Shown here one piece after another: positions 49,791 through 59,596 of a DNA stretch of 64,000 nucleotides; within the stretch, counting starts at the first letter, position 1; every line of letters starts with the position of its first letter. Source of the DNA: an uncultured Spirochaetota bacterium (GTDB lineage: Bacteria; Spirochaetota; Spirochaetia; SZUA-6; Fen-1364); assembly GCA_963781885.1 (NCBI GenBank), contig CAWAHW010000004.1, forward strand, positions 416,001 to 480,000, read 5' to 3'. Under the pieces are notes generated by a model. It saw only the letters and a list, made by a program, of their open reading frames with translations, did no database searches and had not been told where the DNA came from. Made by a program: the position numbers and the translations under genes.

Positions 49791-50813
49791 TCAGGAAAAC
49801 TTGTCGAAGAAAACAAGCTCCCTGTCCAGACCGCGCGAGACCAGCGCGCCGATTGAAGCATCGATCAGGCCGGGGCCTCCGCAGAGATAGGCTTCGTAGT
49901 GATCGAGGATCGGCAGGAGTCGGGCCAGGGCCGCGGGCATGCCTCCGATCTCTCCGGTCCACGCATCGGCGGGCTTCGGATGGGAGAGGATGGGAATGAA
50001 TCGGAATCCGGGCAGCCGGGCCGCAAGCTGCTCCATGTCGGCGCGGTAGACAAGGTCCGCGGCCGTGCGCGCGGAGTAGAAGAATGTCACCGGCCTTTCG
50101 ACGCCCCGTTCGGCGAGATCCAGGAGCATCGCGCGCACGGGGGCGATGCCGGAGCCGCCGGCGACGAAAAGCAGCGCACGGCTGCCCGGACGAACGATAA
50201 AGCCGCCGAACGGGCCGTTGATGGTGACGGCATCACCCGTCGCCAGCCGCTCGAAGACGTAGGGCGTGCACGCGCCGCCCGCAACAAGCGCGACGAGCAG
50301 CATCAACCGCTGCGGGCACGAGGGTGCGGAGGCGACGGAATAGGCCCGATAGACGGGCTGCGCATTGCGCTCCGTTCCGGGAAGAATGAACTGGACGTAC
50401 TGGCCGGCGACGAACGGCATTCCCGCCGCGTCGTCGAGATCGAGGTCCACCTCGCGGAGGCCGGGGGCCGGATCGCGGATCGCCCTCACGCGACAGGGGT
50501 ACTGGCGCGCGTGGAGGTAGCCGGCCGGGAGCTGCACGTGCAGCTCCCGGTATCCCTTCGTCTGGCAGGCAAGGTGCACGCCGCGTGCCATCTCTTCGGC
50601 GGACAGGATGACGTGCTCTTCCGCGGCATGGGCATCCGCGCCGGAGGTGATGCGGACCCTGCACTGTCCACAGCTCGCCCGGCCCCCGCAGGCCGAAGGC
50701 ATGAAAATGCGCTCCGCCATGAGGTTGAAGAGAAGGGGGCGCCCGCGGGGGGCGTTGATGACGCGCTCGCCGTCATTCACGACGATGCGTGCCGTTTCTT
50801 CGGCGTCGGGCAT
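49791..50813 (-). CDS. 2Fe-2S ferredoxin / FAD-NAD oxidoreductase (NqrF / hydroxylase reductase-like)
   Basis: SACGGRASCGQC, HLACQ, RAYSVAS, AGGSGIAP, YLCG; start placed at ATG 50813. Confidence 0.88.
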   Translation of the reverse strand: MPDAEETARIVVNDGERVINAPRGRPLLFNLMAERIFMPSACGGRASCGQCRVRITSGADAHAAEEHVILSAEEMARGVHLACQTKGYRELHVQLPAGYLHARQYPCRVRAIRDPAPGLREVDLDLDDAAGMPFVAGQYVQFILPGTERNAQPVYRAYSVASAPSCPQRLMLLVALVAGGACTPYVFERLATGDAVTINGPFGGFIVRPGSRALLFVAGGSGIAPVRAMLLDLAERGVERPVTFFYSARTAADLVYRADMEQLAARLPGFRFIPILSHPKPADAWTGEIGGMPAALARLLPILDHYEAYLCGGPGLIDASIGALVSRGLDRELVFFDKFS

Positions 50814-50819
50814 GGCATG

Positions 50820-50848
50820 AAGATAGCCGGCTCCCGGATCGTGGTCAA
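50820..50848 (-). promoter_or_regulatory. sigma70 promoter TTGACC-N17-TATCTT, leaderless
   Basis: -10 box 6 nt from ATG 50813. Confidence 0.55.
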
Positions 50849-50977
50849 CGCGGCCACTCCTTCCGCTCCTGGCGGAGTTGGTGGCATTCGCGGCCACTCC
50901 TTCCGCTCCTGGCGGAGTTGGTGGCATTCGCGGCCACTCCTTCCGCTCCTGGCGGAGTTGGTGGCATTCGCGGCCAC
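50849..50977. repeat. Perfect 40-bp tandem repeat (3 copies plus partial), hairpin-forming
   Basis: CGCGGCCACTCCTTCCGCTCCTGGCGGAGTTGGTGGCATT x3, no spacers. Confidence 0.95.
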
Positions 50978-51075
50978 CCCTGGTTTGCGGGAGCCAGACG
51001 CCCTTGCGCGTCCATCGCCATGGCCAGTTGACCGGCGGCCCGGCCCCAGTACACTGCCGATTCGTCGGAGAACCC

Positions 51076-51459
51076 TTGCACAACACCGCCATTTCCACAT
51101 TGCTGTTGAAGATTCTTCTGGTGCCCATGATTGCGCTCTGGGCCTTTCATCTCTACCAGCGGCGCTTCAAGGACGCGGCGGTGCGGAAAAGGATCGCCAC
51201 CCTTTCCCTGACGGTGATTGTGATCGGAGGCTGGCTCGCCTCCTGGCTCTTCTCCACGAAGGGGATCGACGACATCTACCTGATCGGCGTCGCGGCGCTG
51301 GCGGTGACGATCATGGTCTGGCAGAGAAAGCTCATCCTGCCCTACCGGCTGCACTGCGTCCGCTGCGGGACGTTGCTGCCGCTCACGCGCGTTCTCAACC
51401 ATGATTCGAATACCTGCGAGGCCTGCGAGTCTCGGGGAAAAGAAGGAGTGCCCTCATGA
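51076..51459 (+). CDS. Small membrane protein with C-terminal CxxC...CxxC zinc ribbon
   Basis: Three hydrophobic helices; HCVRCG...TCEAC; GGAG plus TTG start; TTGACC-N16-TACACT upstream. Confidence 0.65.
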   Translation: MHNTAISTLLLKILLVPMIALWAFHLYQRRFKDAAVRKRIATLSLTVIVIGGWLASWLFSTKGIDDIYLIGVAALAVTIMVWQRKLILPYRLHCVRCGTLLPLTRVLNHDSNTCEACESRGKEGVPS

Positions 51460-52664
51460 CGAAGAACCGCAAACTGTCCATGCCGTTCTGGTGCGTTGCA
51501 AACCCCGTGGGAGATCCGTTCGGCCCGGCGGTCATGGACCGCATGTCGTCCGTGGAAATCTGCGACCTTCTCTGCAAGGCGCGGGGCGAGAAGCTCATCG
51601 ACTTCACCTCCGCCCATGACGATGACCTCGTCGCCTGGGACCCGCACCACCTGGAGGACGACCTGGATCCCTCGAGCCCCGCGTCCCAGACGCTGCGCAC
51701 CATCAAGGAGAAGATGGACGCCGCCGAGCTGAAGATGGCCATGGTGACCTGCAGCCTCCACAACAACGTGGTCTTCAGGAACGGCGGTCTCACGAACCCC
51801 AATCCCGAGATCCGCCTGCTCGCCGCGCGCAAGGTCATGCGGACCATCCGGATCGGCAACTTCTTCGGCGCCGACTACCTCACCTACTGGGTCGCGCGGG
51901 ACGGCTTCGAGTGCCAGTTCTCGGTTCCCTGGGAGCGCACTTACAAGTACCTGATCGAAGGCCTCAATCTTGCCGAGCGCTACGCGAAGGAGCTGAACGG
52001 CACGCTCCGGCACGGCACCATCGAACCGAAGCCGAACGAGCCGCGCGGGGAGATGTACATCCCCACGACGGGACACGCGCTGGGCCTGATCGCCATGCTG
52101 AATGACCCGTCGTTCTGGGGCGTGAATCCCGAGGTTCTCCAGCACGAGGGCATGACCGGTCTCACCGCCGAGGTGGCCGTGGCGATGGCGGTGCACGCGC
52201 AGAAGCTCTTTTTCCTCCACGTCGGCAACCAGAAGCCGGGCCAGTTCGACAATGACCTGCCCTTCCTCGTGGGGATGGACGGCGTGAAGGAGATGGTCGC
52301 CGTGCTGTGGCTTCTGGATCGCATGAACTGGCAGGGGCACATCGAATACGACAACCACATCGTGCGCAGCGACACCGCACCCGGCAAGGAGAACGCCACC
52401 CGCATCCGCATGGACTTCATCCGCCAGAACGTGGAGAACTACCGCATGGCGGAGAAGAAGGCGCACGAGATCGGCGCGGATCCCGAGTTGTCCAAGCTGA
52501 TGGCGGCGCTCTGGGAGAAAGAGCCCGTCATCGCGAAGGCCCTGGCCCACGGCGATACCGCGGAGATCCTCAAGACCGCGCCGGACTACGACAAGGTCAA
52601 CGGCACGGGCATCCAGATCGCGCGGCTGGACCAGATGGTGACGCGGAAGCTCATGGGCATGTAG
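51456..52664 (+). CDS. Xylose isomerase-like TIM-barrel protein (class I-like, divergent)
   Basis: AHDDDL, FRNGGLT, IEPKPNEPRG, NPE..HE, FDNDLPF. Confidence 0.8.
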   Translation: MTKNRKLSMPFWCVANPVGDPFGPAVMDRMSSVEICDLLCKARGEKLIDFTSAHDDDLVAWDPHHLEDDLDPSSPASQTLRTIKEKMDAAELKMAMVTCSLHNNVVFRNGGLTNPNPEIRLLAARKVMRTIRIGNFFGADYLTYWVARDGFECQFSVPWERTYKYLIEGLNLAERYAKELNGTLRHGTIEPKPNEPRGEMYIPTTGHALGLIAMLNDPSFWGVNPEVLQHEGMTGLTAEVAVAMAVHAQKLFFLHVGNQKPGQFDNDLPFLVGMDGVKEMVAVLWLLDRMNWQGHIEYDNHIVRSDTAPGKENATRIRMDFIRQNVENYRMAEKKAHEIGADPELSKLMAALWEKEPVIAKALAHGDTAEILKTAPDYDKVNGTGIQIARLDQMVTRKLMGM

Positions 52665-52697
52665 GCGGTCGGGCGCAGAGACCCGAGGGCCGCGATC

Positions 52698-53501
52698 ATG
52701 AAGCTCAGAAGAATTCCCCGCGACACCGCGGCCCTTGATTCCACGCTGCCGCTCCTGCTCCCCGGCGGGCGGGAGGGCGCCCTCCTCATCCACGGTTTCA
52801 CCGGCTCGCCCATGGAGGTCGCGGGGCTTGCGCAGCGCCTCCACGCGGCCGGGCTCACGGTGAGCGTCCCGCGCCTCCCCGGGCACGGCACGCGCGGCGA
52901 CGACTTCCTCCAGACGGGCTCGCGCGACTGGCTGCGCGCCGCCGTCGATGCATGGGCCGACATGAAGGGGCGCTGCGACACGGTGCACCTCATCGGCCAT
53001 TCGATGGGCGGGATACTCGCCGTGCTGCTCGCGTCGCATTTTCCCGTCGGGAGGCTTGTGCTTGTCGCTCCCGCCCTGCGCGCGTCGAATCCGCTCCTCG
53101 CAATCACCCCGATTCTCGGGCTCTTTGTCCGCAAGGTGCGTTGGCCGGTCACGACGACGCGCAGCGTGACGGATCCCGACACCGCGGTGCTCGCCCGCGA
53201 ATACTGGGCCTGGAGATTCCCCGGCCGGCTGCGCTCCTTCCTTCGTCTCCAGCGCATGGCCGTCCGCGCGCTCCGCGGCGTGAAAGCCGATACGCTCGTC
53301 GTCGTCGGGGGAAAGGACCAGACGGTGCCCGCGTCCGTCGCGGATTTCGTCGAACGGCGCATCGGCTCCCGGACGGTCCGACGCGTCGTGCTCCCGCAGG
53401 CGACGCACCAGACGCTTGCCGGCGCGGAAGGGGCGCCCGGTGTGGACGCCATCGTGGGTTTCTTGACATCGCGGGGGGCAACCGATACTGTCCGCGCATG
53501 A
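52698..53501 (+). CDS. Alpha/beta hydrolase (carboxylesterase)
   Basis: LIHGFTGSP, LPGHG, GHSMGG, D and H triad motifs. Confidence 0.88.
   Translation: MKLRRIPRDTAALDSTLPLLLPGGREGALLIHGFTGSPMEVAGLAQRLHAAGLTVSVPRLPGHGTRGDDFLQTGSRDWLRAAVDAWADMKGRCDTVHLIGHSMGGILAVLLASHFPVGRLVLVAPALRASNPLLAITPILGLFVRKVRWPVTTTRSVTDPDTAVLAREYWAWRFPGRLRSFLRLQRMAVRALRGVKADTLVVVGGKDQTVPASVADFVERRIGSRTVRRVVLPQATHQTLAGAEGAPGVDAIVGFLTSRGATDTVRA
53463..53491 (+). promoter_or_regulatory. Internal sigma70 promoter TTGACA-N17-TACTGT for leaderless leuB
   Basis: -10 box 6 nt before ATG 53498, inside the upstream CDS. Confidence 0.6.
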
Positions 53502-54544
53502 GTAGGATTGCGGTCATCCCCGGTGACGGGACCGGACCCGAGGTCGTGCGGGAGGGCATGAAGGTCCTCACGGCGGCATCGAAGAAGTTCTCCCTCCCCC
53601 TCGCCTTCACGACGTTCGATTGGGGCGGAGCGCGTTACCTGAAGACCGGCGAGACTCTTCCCGATGGCGCCGTGCAGACCCTCCGCGGATACGATGCGAT
53701 CTACCTCGGCGCCATCGGACACCCCGACGTGAAGCCCGGCATCCTCGAGCAGGGCATCCTGCTGCGGCTGCGTTTCGAGCTCGACCAGTACATCAACCTG
53801 CGGCCCGTCCGCCTGTACCCGAACGTGGAAACGCCGCTTGCCGGCAAGGGCCCGAAGGACATCGATTTCGTCATCGTGCGGGAGAACGTCGAAGGTCTCT
53901 ACACCGGCGCCGGCGGCTTCCTGAAAAAGGGCACGCCGGACGAGGTGGCGATCCAGGAGATGGTCTACACGCGCAAGGGCGTGGAGCGCTGCCTGCGCTT
54001 CGCCTTCGAGTTCACGCGGAAACGCAACAGGCGGAAGAAGCTCACCATGGCGGGAAAAACCAATGTCCTCACCTACGTGCAAGATCTGTGGTACCGCACC
54101 TTCATGGAGCTCGCGAAAGAGTATCCCGACGTGACGACCGACTACGCGCACATCGACGCCACCACCATGTGGATGGTGAAGAACCCCGAATGGTTCGACG
54201 TGATCGTCACGGAAAACATGTTCGGCGACATCATCACCGACCTCGGCGCCATCATCCAGGGCGGCATGGGCGTGGCCGCGGGAGGAAATCTCAACCCGCA
54301 GGGCGTCTCCATGTTCGAGCCCATCGGCGGATCGGCGCCGAAGTACACGGGCCAGGACGTCATCAACCCGGTGGCGTCCATCCTTGCCGGCGCCATGATG
54401 CTGGAGCAGCTCGGCCACGCCGCGGCCGCGGAGGCCGTGGAGAAGTCGACCGTCGCCGTGATCGGCAGGATGAAAAGCCAGGCGGCGGGCAAGATGGGAT
54501 ACTCCACGAGCCAGATCGGCGACATGGTCGCCGCCGGCCTGTAG
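53498..54544 (+). CDS. leuB: 3-isopropylmalate dehydrogenase
   Basis: IPGDGTGPEV, NLRP, ENMFGDIITD, FEPIGGSAP. Confidence 0.9.
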   Translation: MSRIAVIPGDGTGPEVVREGMKVLTAASKKFSLPLAFTTFDWGGARYLKTGETLPDGAVQTLRGYDAIYLGAIGHPDVKPGILEQGILLRLRFELDQYINLRPVRLYPNVETPLAGKGPKDIDFVIVRENVEGLYTGAGGFLKKGTPDEVAIQEMVYTRKGVERCLRFAFEFTRKRNRRKKLTMAGKTNVLTYVQDLWYRTFMELAKEYPDVTTDYAHIDATTMWMVKNPEWFDVIVTENMFGDIITDLGAIIQGGMGVAAGGNLNPQGVSMFEPIGGSAPKYTGQDVINPVASILAGAMMLEQLGHAAAAEAVEKSTVAVIGRMKSQAAGKMGYSTSQIGDMVAAGL

Positions 54545-54555
54545 AACGGGCTCCC

Positions 54556-55647
54556 CTACCGGAACAGACCCTGCGTCTTCTCGTACATCGCGACGTTCTC
54601 GATGTAGTCGGGGCTGTCGATGAACTGGTCGATGGCCCCGATGCGGATGGAGATCGCGCGAAGCTCCTCTGACGAGATGGAGGAAAGCAGCGCATTGGCG
54701 AAACGATCCGCCTGGATCACCTGGTAGGGGCGGGCGAAGAACTGACGCGGCGCGGGATCAATGGGACCCGTGATTCCCCGCTCATTCTGCATTTCCGCAA
54801 GCGTCCGATACGCCGCTGACAGGCTTTCCTCGATCTCCCCGTAATCCTTTGCCTGGAGCGCCCGTGAGAGAAGGGGTGAAAGCGCGCTGCTGCCGCGGAG
54901 CCGGGCGAACGCGCTGCCCAGCCACTTTTCGTACGGCGCATACGTCTTTTCCAGCAGGAAGCAGAGCTTCATACAGTCCCGCACGATGCGCGCCGTCACG
55001 AGGCGCATGCCGATGGCGTCACCCGCCTCCGCGCACCGGCCGACGAATGATTCCTGCTGCGCGATCCTGCGCCACTGGCAGGCGAGCTTGTAGACCCAGA
55101 CGTCGCGGGGGCAGTCGCCGAGTGCCGCGCGGAAGGCGGCGAGCTCCCCGCGCGGGTCATGGAAGACGGCGCCTGCCGTGAGCTCCAGCAGCCTCTCATC
55201 GGGGAGCACGAGCCAGTCCGTCGGCGCAAGCGGCGTGCGGAGGTCCCTGCCCAGGTAGCGGCGAAGGTAGTCGTCGATCGTTGTAATCTCGATGAGGTGC
55301 GATGCCCCACCGGGGTCGGGCATCTGCGTTCCGTTGTCGAGTGGGTCTGGTTCCGAGAAGCCTGCCGCGTACCCGTGGAAGACGTGCGGCAGACCGTTGC
55401 GGAGCGCCTCGTCGAGCGGGCCGGCGCAGGCAGCGGCGATGTCAGCGGAGAGGAATACCTGGAAGCGCGGTCCCCAGTTGTGATCCGTCGATCGCTCCGA
55501 GTCGTAGCCCAGGACATCGGAGCCGTACCCGATGAGCGCGGCCGCGTAGGAAGCGGATGGGACGATGCCTTCTATGACCGGGCGGGCCGCCTCATCGTAG
55601 AGCATTCTCCCAAGGGCAAGCCCCGGGATGAACGGCCTGCCGCTCAT
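54556..55647 (-). CDS. DUF4037 domain protein
   Basis: GYGSDVLGYD..STDHNWGPR, TAGAVFHD, YAPYEKW. Confidence 0.85.
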   Translation of the reverse strand: MSGRPFIPGLALGRMLYDEAARPVIEGIVPSASYAAALIGYGSDVLGYDSERSTDHNWGPRFQVFLSADIAAACAGPLDEALRNGLPHVFHGYAAGFSEPDPLDNGTQMPDPGGASHLIEITTIDDYLRRYLGRDLRTPLAPTDWLVLPDERLLELTAGAVFHDPRGELAAFRAALGDCPRDVWVYKLACQWRRIAQQESFVGRCAEAGDAIGMRLVTARIVRDCMKLCFLLEKTYAPYEKWLGSAFARLRGSSALSPLLSRALQAKDYGEIEESLSAAYRTLAEMQNERGITGPIDPAPRQFFARPYQVIQADRFANALLSSISSEELRAISIRIGAIDQFIDSPDYIENVAMYEKTQGLFR

Positions 55648-55650
55648 GCC

Positions 55651-56901
55651 TCACGCGCCGGGAAACTCGACAGTGGCGAAGTAATCGTCAATGGTTTCCG
55701 CGCGTCGAATCTGTCTCACCGAGCCGTCGGGCGCAAGGAGAAGCTCGGCGGATCGCAGCTTGCCGTTGTAGTTGAAACCCATCGCGTGCCCATGCGCACC
55801 GGTGTCGTGGATCACGACCAGATCGCCCTCTTCGATCCGGGGCAGCATCCGATCGATGGCGAACTTGTCGTTGTTCTCGCAGAGGGAGCCCGTCACGTCG
55901 TACGTGTGGTCCGCCGAGGCCTTGTCCTTGCCGACCACCGTGATGTGATGGTAGGCGCCGTAGATCGCGGGCCGCATGAGATTGGCCATGCACGCGTCCA
56001 CGCCGACGAAATCCTTGTACGTGTGCTTCAGATGGAGCACCCGCGTCACCAGCCACCCGTAGGGACCCATGATCGCGCGTCCGCTCTCCATGCACAGGCG
56101 AAGGGGATGGAGCCCCCGACCCCGGATCATTTCATCATAGACTGCCTGCACGCCCTTGCCGAGCGCCTGCCAGTCGATCGCTGTCTGCTCGGGCTTGTAT
56201 GGGATGCCGAAACCGCCGCCCAGATTCACGAACTCGATGCGTATCCCGACCTCCCGCGTGATCTCGGCGACCAGATCGAAGAGCAGGCGCGCCGTTTCCA
56301 GGTGGTAGTCGAGTGAGAGCTCGTTGGAAGCGATCATGGCGTGGAGGCCGAACCGCTTCACACCCCTGTCGCGCGCAATGGCGTAGCCAGTCATGAGCTG
56401 ATCGCGGGTGAAGCCGTATTTCGCCTGCTCGGGCGCGCCGATGATGGCGTTGCCTTCCCGCAGCGGGCCGGGGTTGTAGCGGAAGGAAAGGAGGTCCGGC
56501 AGACCCGCGTGCTTCTGCAGAAAGTCGATGTGGGTGATGTCGTCGAGGTTGATGATCGCGCCGAGCTTCTTCGCCTTCACGTACTCGGCCGAAGGGGTGT
56601 CGTTGGAGGTGAACATGATTCTTTCGCCCGTGAGACCGAGCTTTTCGCACAAGACCAGCTCGGGCATCGAGCTGCAATCCGCGCCGAAGCCCTCCTCCAT
56701 CATGATGCGCACGATATGCGGGTTCGGGCAGGCCTTGACGGCAAAGTGCTCGCGGAAACCTTCCGCCCATGAGAAGGCGGCCTTCAAGGCACGCGCGTTC
56801 GCCCGGATGCCCTTCTCATCGTAGATGTGAAATGGCGTTGGGTGCGCGCGGACAATCTCTTCCAGCCTGCTGCGCGTGAAAGGAAGCAGCTTGTCGGGCA
56901 T
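55651..56901 (-). CDS. lysA: Diaminopimelate decarboxylase
   Basis: FAVKA (PLP Lys), NLGGG, ESGR, GSLCENND; GGAGG RBS. Confidence 0.93.
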   Translation of the reverse strand: MPDKLLPFTRSRLEEIVRAHPTPFHIYDEKGIRANARALKAAFSWAEGFREHFAVKACPNPHIVRIMMEEGFGADCSSMPELVLCEKLGLTGERIMFTSNDTPSAEYVKAKKLGAIINLDDITHIDFLQKHAGLPDLLSFRYNPGPLREGNAIIGAPEQAKYGFTRDQLMTGYAIARDRGVKRFGLHAMIASNELSLDYHLETARLLFDLVAEITREVGIRIEFVNLGGGFGIPYKPEQTAIDWQALGKGVQAVYDEMIRGRGLHPLRLCMESGRAIMGPYGWLVTRVLHLKHTYKDFVGVDACMANLMRPAIYGAYHHITVVGKDKASADHTYDVTGSLCENNDKFAIDRMLPRIEEGDLVVIHDTGAHGHAMGFNYNGKLRSAELLLAPDGSVRQIRRAETIDDYFATVEFPGA

Positions 56902-57018
56902 GAAATCCTCCCTGCACGAGTGTAGCCAGCGTCGCGCGGCATGTCCACTCCGTGATGGCGGGAAGGGGAGAAGCATGATAGACTGGCGCCGCGCTTTCTT
57001 CTCGCCGCCAACAGACAC

Positions 57019-57984
57019 ATGAAGCGTTTCAGCGCAGAGATTCCCGACCCCGAGCCTCCTTCTCTCTCTGCCATGGCCCCTTCCATGGTCCGACCGTATG
57101 CCGCGCTCGGCGTGAGCATGGCGGTCGTCTCATCGGCGGCGATCCTCATCTCGCTCGCCCGCGCACAGGGCGTGCCCGCGCTTTCCATCGCCGCGCTGCG
57201 GATGGGCCTCGCGGCCCTTGTCTTCCTGCCCGTCGCGGTCGTGCGCTGCCGACGGGAAGTGCGGTCGCTCGCCGCGGGCGACGTGGTGAAGATCGTCTGC
57301 GCGGGCATCCTGCTCGCGCTGCACTTTGCGTTCTGGATCAGCTCCTTCGATTACACCTCGGTGATGAGCTCGGTGGTCTTCGTGAGCACGAACCCGCTCT
57401 TCGTGGCACTTGCCTCCGTCCTGCTCCTGAAGGAAAAGATCGGGCGCGCCACGGCGATCGGCATCGTCGTGGCGGTGGCGGGGGGCGCGGTCGTCGGGCT
57501 TGCGGACGTAAGCCAGGCAGGGCACGGATCGCTGCGCGGAGACCTCCTGTCCCTGGCGGGCGCGATTGCGGCGTCGGGCTACCTGCTCCTTGGGCGCAGC
57601 GTGCGCCGGCGCGTCTCCCTGACGCTCTACGTCGGGATCGCCTACACGACCGCCGCCCTGGCGCTCATGGCCGCCGTCGCCGTCACGCGCGCCGGCCTGG
57701 CAGGCTATCCGCCGCAAGGCTACCTGTGGGTGGCGCTCCTCGCGCTCGGGCCCCAGCTCCTCGGTCACACGTCGTACAACTGGGCCCTGAAGTACGTCAC
57801 GGCCACCCTCGTCACCATCACGCTCCTGGCGGAGCCCATCGGGGCGACGCTTCTCGCGATACCGATTCTCGGTCAGGTACCCACGCCGCTGCGCGTCGGC
57901 GGCGGCGCGCTCATCCTTGCCGGCATCTTCATCTCGGCGCGGAGCGAGGCGCGCCGGCGCATCCAAGGGAGGAATGCCGGATGA
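57019..57984 (+). CDS. DMT/EamA family transporter (start may be downstream)
   Basis: About 10 TM helices; LALHFAFWISS, PQLLGHTSYNWAL, EPIGA. Confidence 0.88.
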   Translation: MKRFSAEIPDPEPPSLSAMAPSMVRPYAALGVSMAVVSSAAILISLARAQGVPALSIAALRMGLAALVFLPVAVVRCRREVRSLAAGDVVKIVCAGILLALHFAFWISSFDYTSVMSSVVFVSTNPLFVALASVLLLKEKIGRATAIGIVVAVAGGAVVGLADVSQAGHGSLRGDLLSLAGAIAASGYLLLGRSVRRRVSLTLYVGIAYTTAALALMAAVAVTRAGLAGYPPQGYLWVALLALGPQLLGHTSYNWALKYVTATLVTITLLAEPIGATLLAIPILGQVPTPLRVGGGALILAGIFISARSEARRRIQGRNAG

Positions 57985-58023
57985 GAAAAACGGCGGCCGC
58001 CACGCCCTGCGCTCCGCGCCGAT

Positions 58024-59097
58024 CTACCCGGCGATGACCCCGCCGGCGACAAGGATGTCGTCGTCATAGAAGACCGCCCACTGGCCGCGGGCAATGGCGC
58101 GCTGCGGCTCATCGAACAGGACGCGCGCCCGGCCGCCCGGCAGCGCGGTGACCTCCGCGCGCGCCGCGGGGCCCTTGGAGCGTATCTTCACCTCCAGACG
58201 CAGCGGCGCGGCGGGTTCCGCAACGGCAGCCCAGTTCATTCGCGCCGCCGTGAGCTCACGGCTGTACAGGCTTGCGTCGGGTCCCGCAACAACGGTGTTC
58301 GTTGCGGCATCAAGCCGGGTCACGTAAAGCGGTTCCCCGCCGCCGACGCCCAGCCCCCGGCGCTGCCCGACGGTATATCCCCAGATCCCCTTGTGCGCGC
58401 CGATGACCCGGCCTTCAAGGTCGGTGATGTCGCCATCCTTCTCCGGGGCATTCACCACCGCCCGGTAGCCGCCCGCGGCAAAGTCCTGGCTCTCGGGACG
58501 GTCGTGATTGGCAAGACCCGCCTCCCGCGCGAGGCTCCTCACGTACGGCTTGCCGAGCTCTCCGAGGGGAAAGACGACCCGCGAAAGCTGGGTCTGGTCG
58601 AGCATGCAGAGGAAGTAGGACTGGTCCTTGGAGGGATCCGCCGCGACGCGGATCGCGTAGCGTCCCGCTTCTTCCATGCGGACGATGCGGGCGTAGTGAC
58701 CCGTGGCAAAGAAGTCGAAGTCGATGCCGAGGCTGGACGGCAGCTTCTGGAGGAGCATGCCGAACTTCACGCGCTGGTTGCAGAGCACGCAGGGGTTGGG
58801 GGTGCGGCCCGCCAGGTATTCATCGCGGGTATAATCGAGGACGAGCGATTTGTAGTCCTCGCGCAGGTCCACGATCGAATGCGGGATGCCGAGCGCTGCG
58901 CAGACCCGCGCCGCCTCGTCGATGTCCCCCTGTTCGCCGGGGCCGTAGCAGGAATCTGGCACGGGACCGTCGGCGGCCTTGCCCGAGTAGATGCTCATCG
59001 TGACGCCGCGCACGTCGTGCCCGGCGTCGCGCAAGAGAAGGGCGGCGACGGACGAGTCGACGCCGCCGCTCATGCCCACGACAACGCGCTTCTTCAC
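58024..59097 (-). CDS. mnmA: tRNA 2-thiouridine(34) synthase
   Basis: MSGGVDSS, TPNPCVLCN, ATGHY, KDQSYFL. Confidence 0.95.
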   Translation of the reverse strand: MKKRVVVGMSGGVDSSVAALLLRDAGHDVRGVTMSIYSGKAADGPVPDSCYGPGEQGDIDEAARVCAALGIPHSIVDLREDYKSLVLDYTRDEYLAGRTPNPCVLCNQRVKFGMLLQKLPSSLGIDFDFFATGHYARIVRMEEAGRYAIRVAADPSKDQSYFLCMLDQTQLSRVVFPLGELGKPYVRSLAREAGLANHDRPESQDFAAGGYRAVVNAPEKDGDITDLEGRVIGAHKGIWGYTVGQRRGLGVGGGEPLYVTRLDAATNTVVAGPDASLYSRELTAARMNWAAVAEPAAPLRLEVKIRSKGPAARAEVTALPGGRARVLFDEPQRAIARGQWAVFYDDDILVAGGVIAG

Positions 59098-59110
59098 CGC
59101 GCGGTCCTCC

Positions 59111-59593
59111 TCAGATCACGTAGTTCCCCGTCGGCTCGCCCAGCTCCCGCGCGTCCTGCGCGAGGGCGGCCAGCGTGAAGGAGGAGAGGGAGCGTACGAT
59201 GTCGTCGCGGAGCTTCTGCCAGACACGGGTGGCCACGCACATCGTGGCCCGTTCGCAGCCGGCGGGGTTCTCCCCGCACTCCCCGACGCTCGCGCCCGCC
59301 GCCGGATCCACGCACGGCACCGGGGCGATGCTCCCCTCGATTGCCTCCACCACGTCGCGCACCGTTATATCCCCCGGCGGGCGCGCGAGGGAATAGCCCC
59401 CGTGCGCGCCGCGCTGGGAAAGAACGAGCCCCGCCGCCTTCAGCGGGATGATGATCTGACCGAGGTACTTTTCCGATATGCCCTCCTGCCGGGAGATCTC
59501 CCGCAGGAGGCTGATGCCATCCCCGTAGCGCAACGCCAGCGCCACCATGAGCCTCACGCCATAGCGGCTGCGGGTCGACATCTGCAGGGACAT
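59111..59593 (-). CDS. Rrf2 family regulator (IscR/CymR-like, Cys-containing)
   Basis: STRSRYG, ISEKYLGQI, RGAHGGY, several C-terminal Cys. Confidence 0.9.
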   Translation of the reverse strand: MSLQMSTRSRYGVRLMVALALRYGDGISLLREISRQEGISEKYLGQIIIPLKAAGLVLSQRGAHGGYSLARPPGDITVRDVVEAIEGSIAPVPCVDPAAGASVGECGENPAGCERATMCVATRVWQKLRDDIVRSLSSFTLAALAQDARELGEPTGNYVI

Positions 59594-59596
59594 GCC

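Noticed and set aside
50849-50977. CRISPR array
   Set aside because: Units are contiguous and identical with no unique spacers; no cas genes
50814-51128. Repeat-encoded N-terminal extensions of the reductase and the membrane protein
   Set aside because: Translations of the 40-bp repeat; better starts exist at 50813 and 51076
56902-57018. Lysine riboswitch upstream of lysA (and T-box upstream of valS)
   Set aside because: Spacers too short and lack the consensus elements
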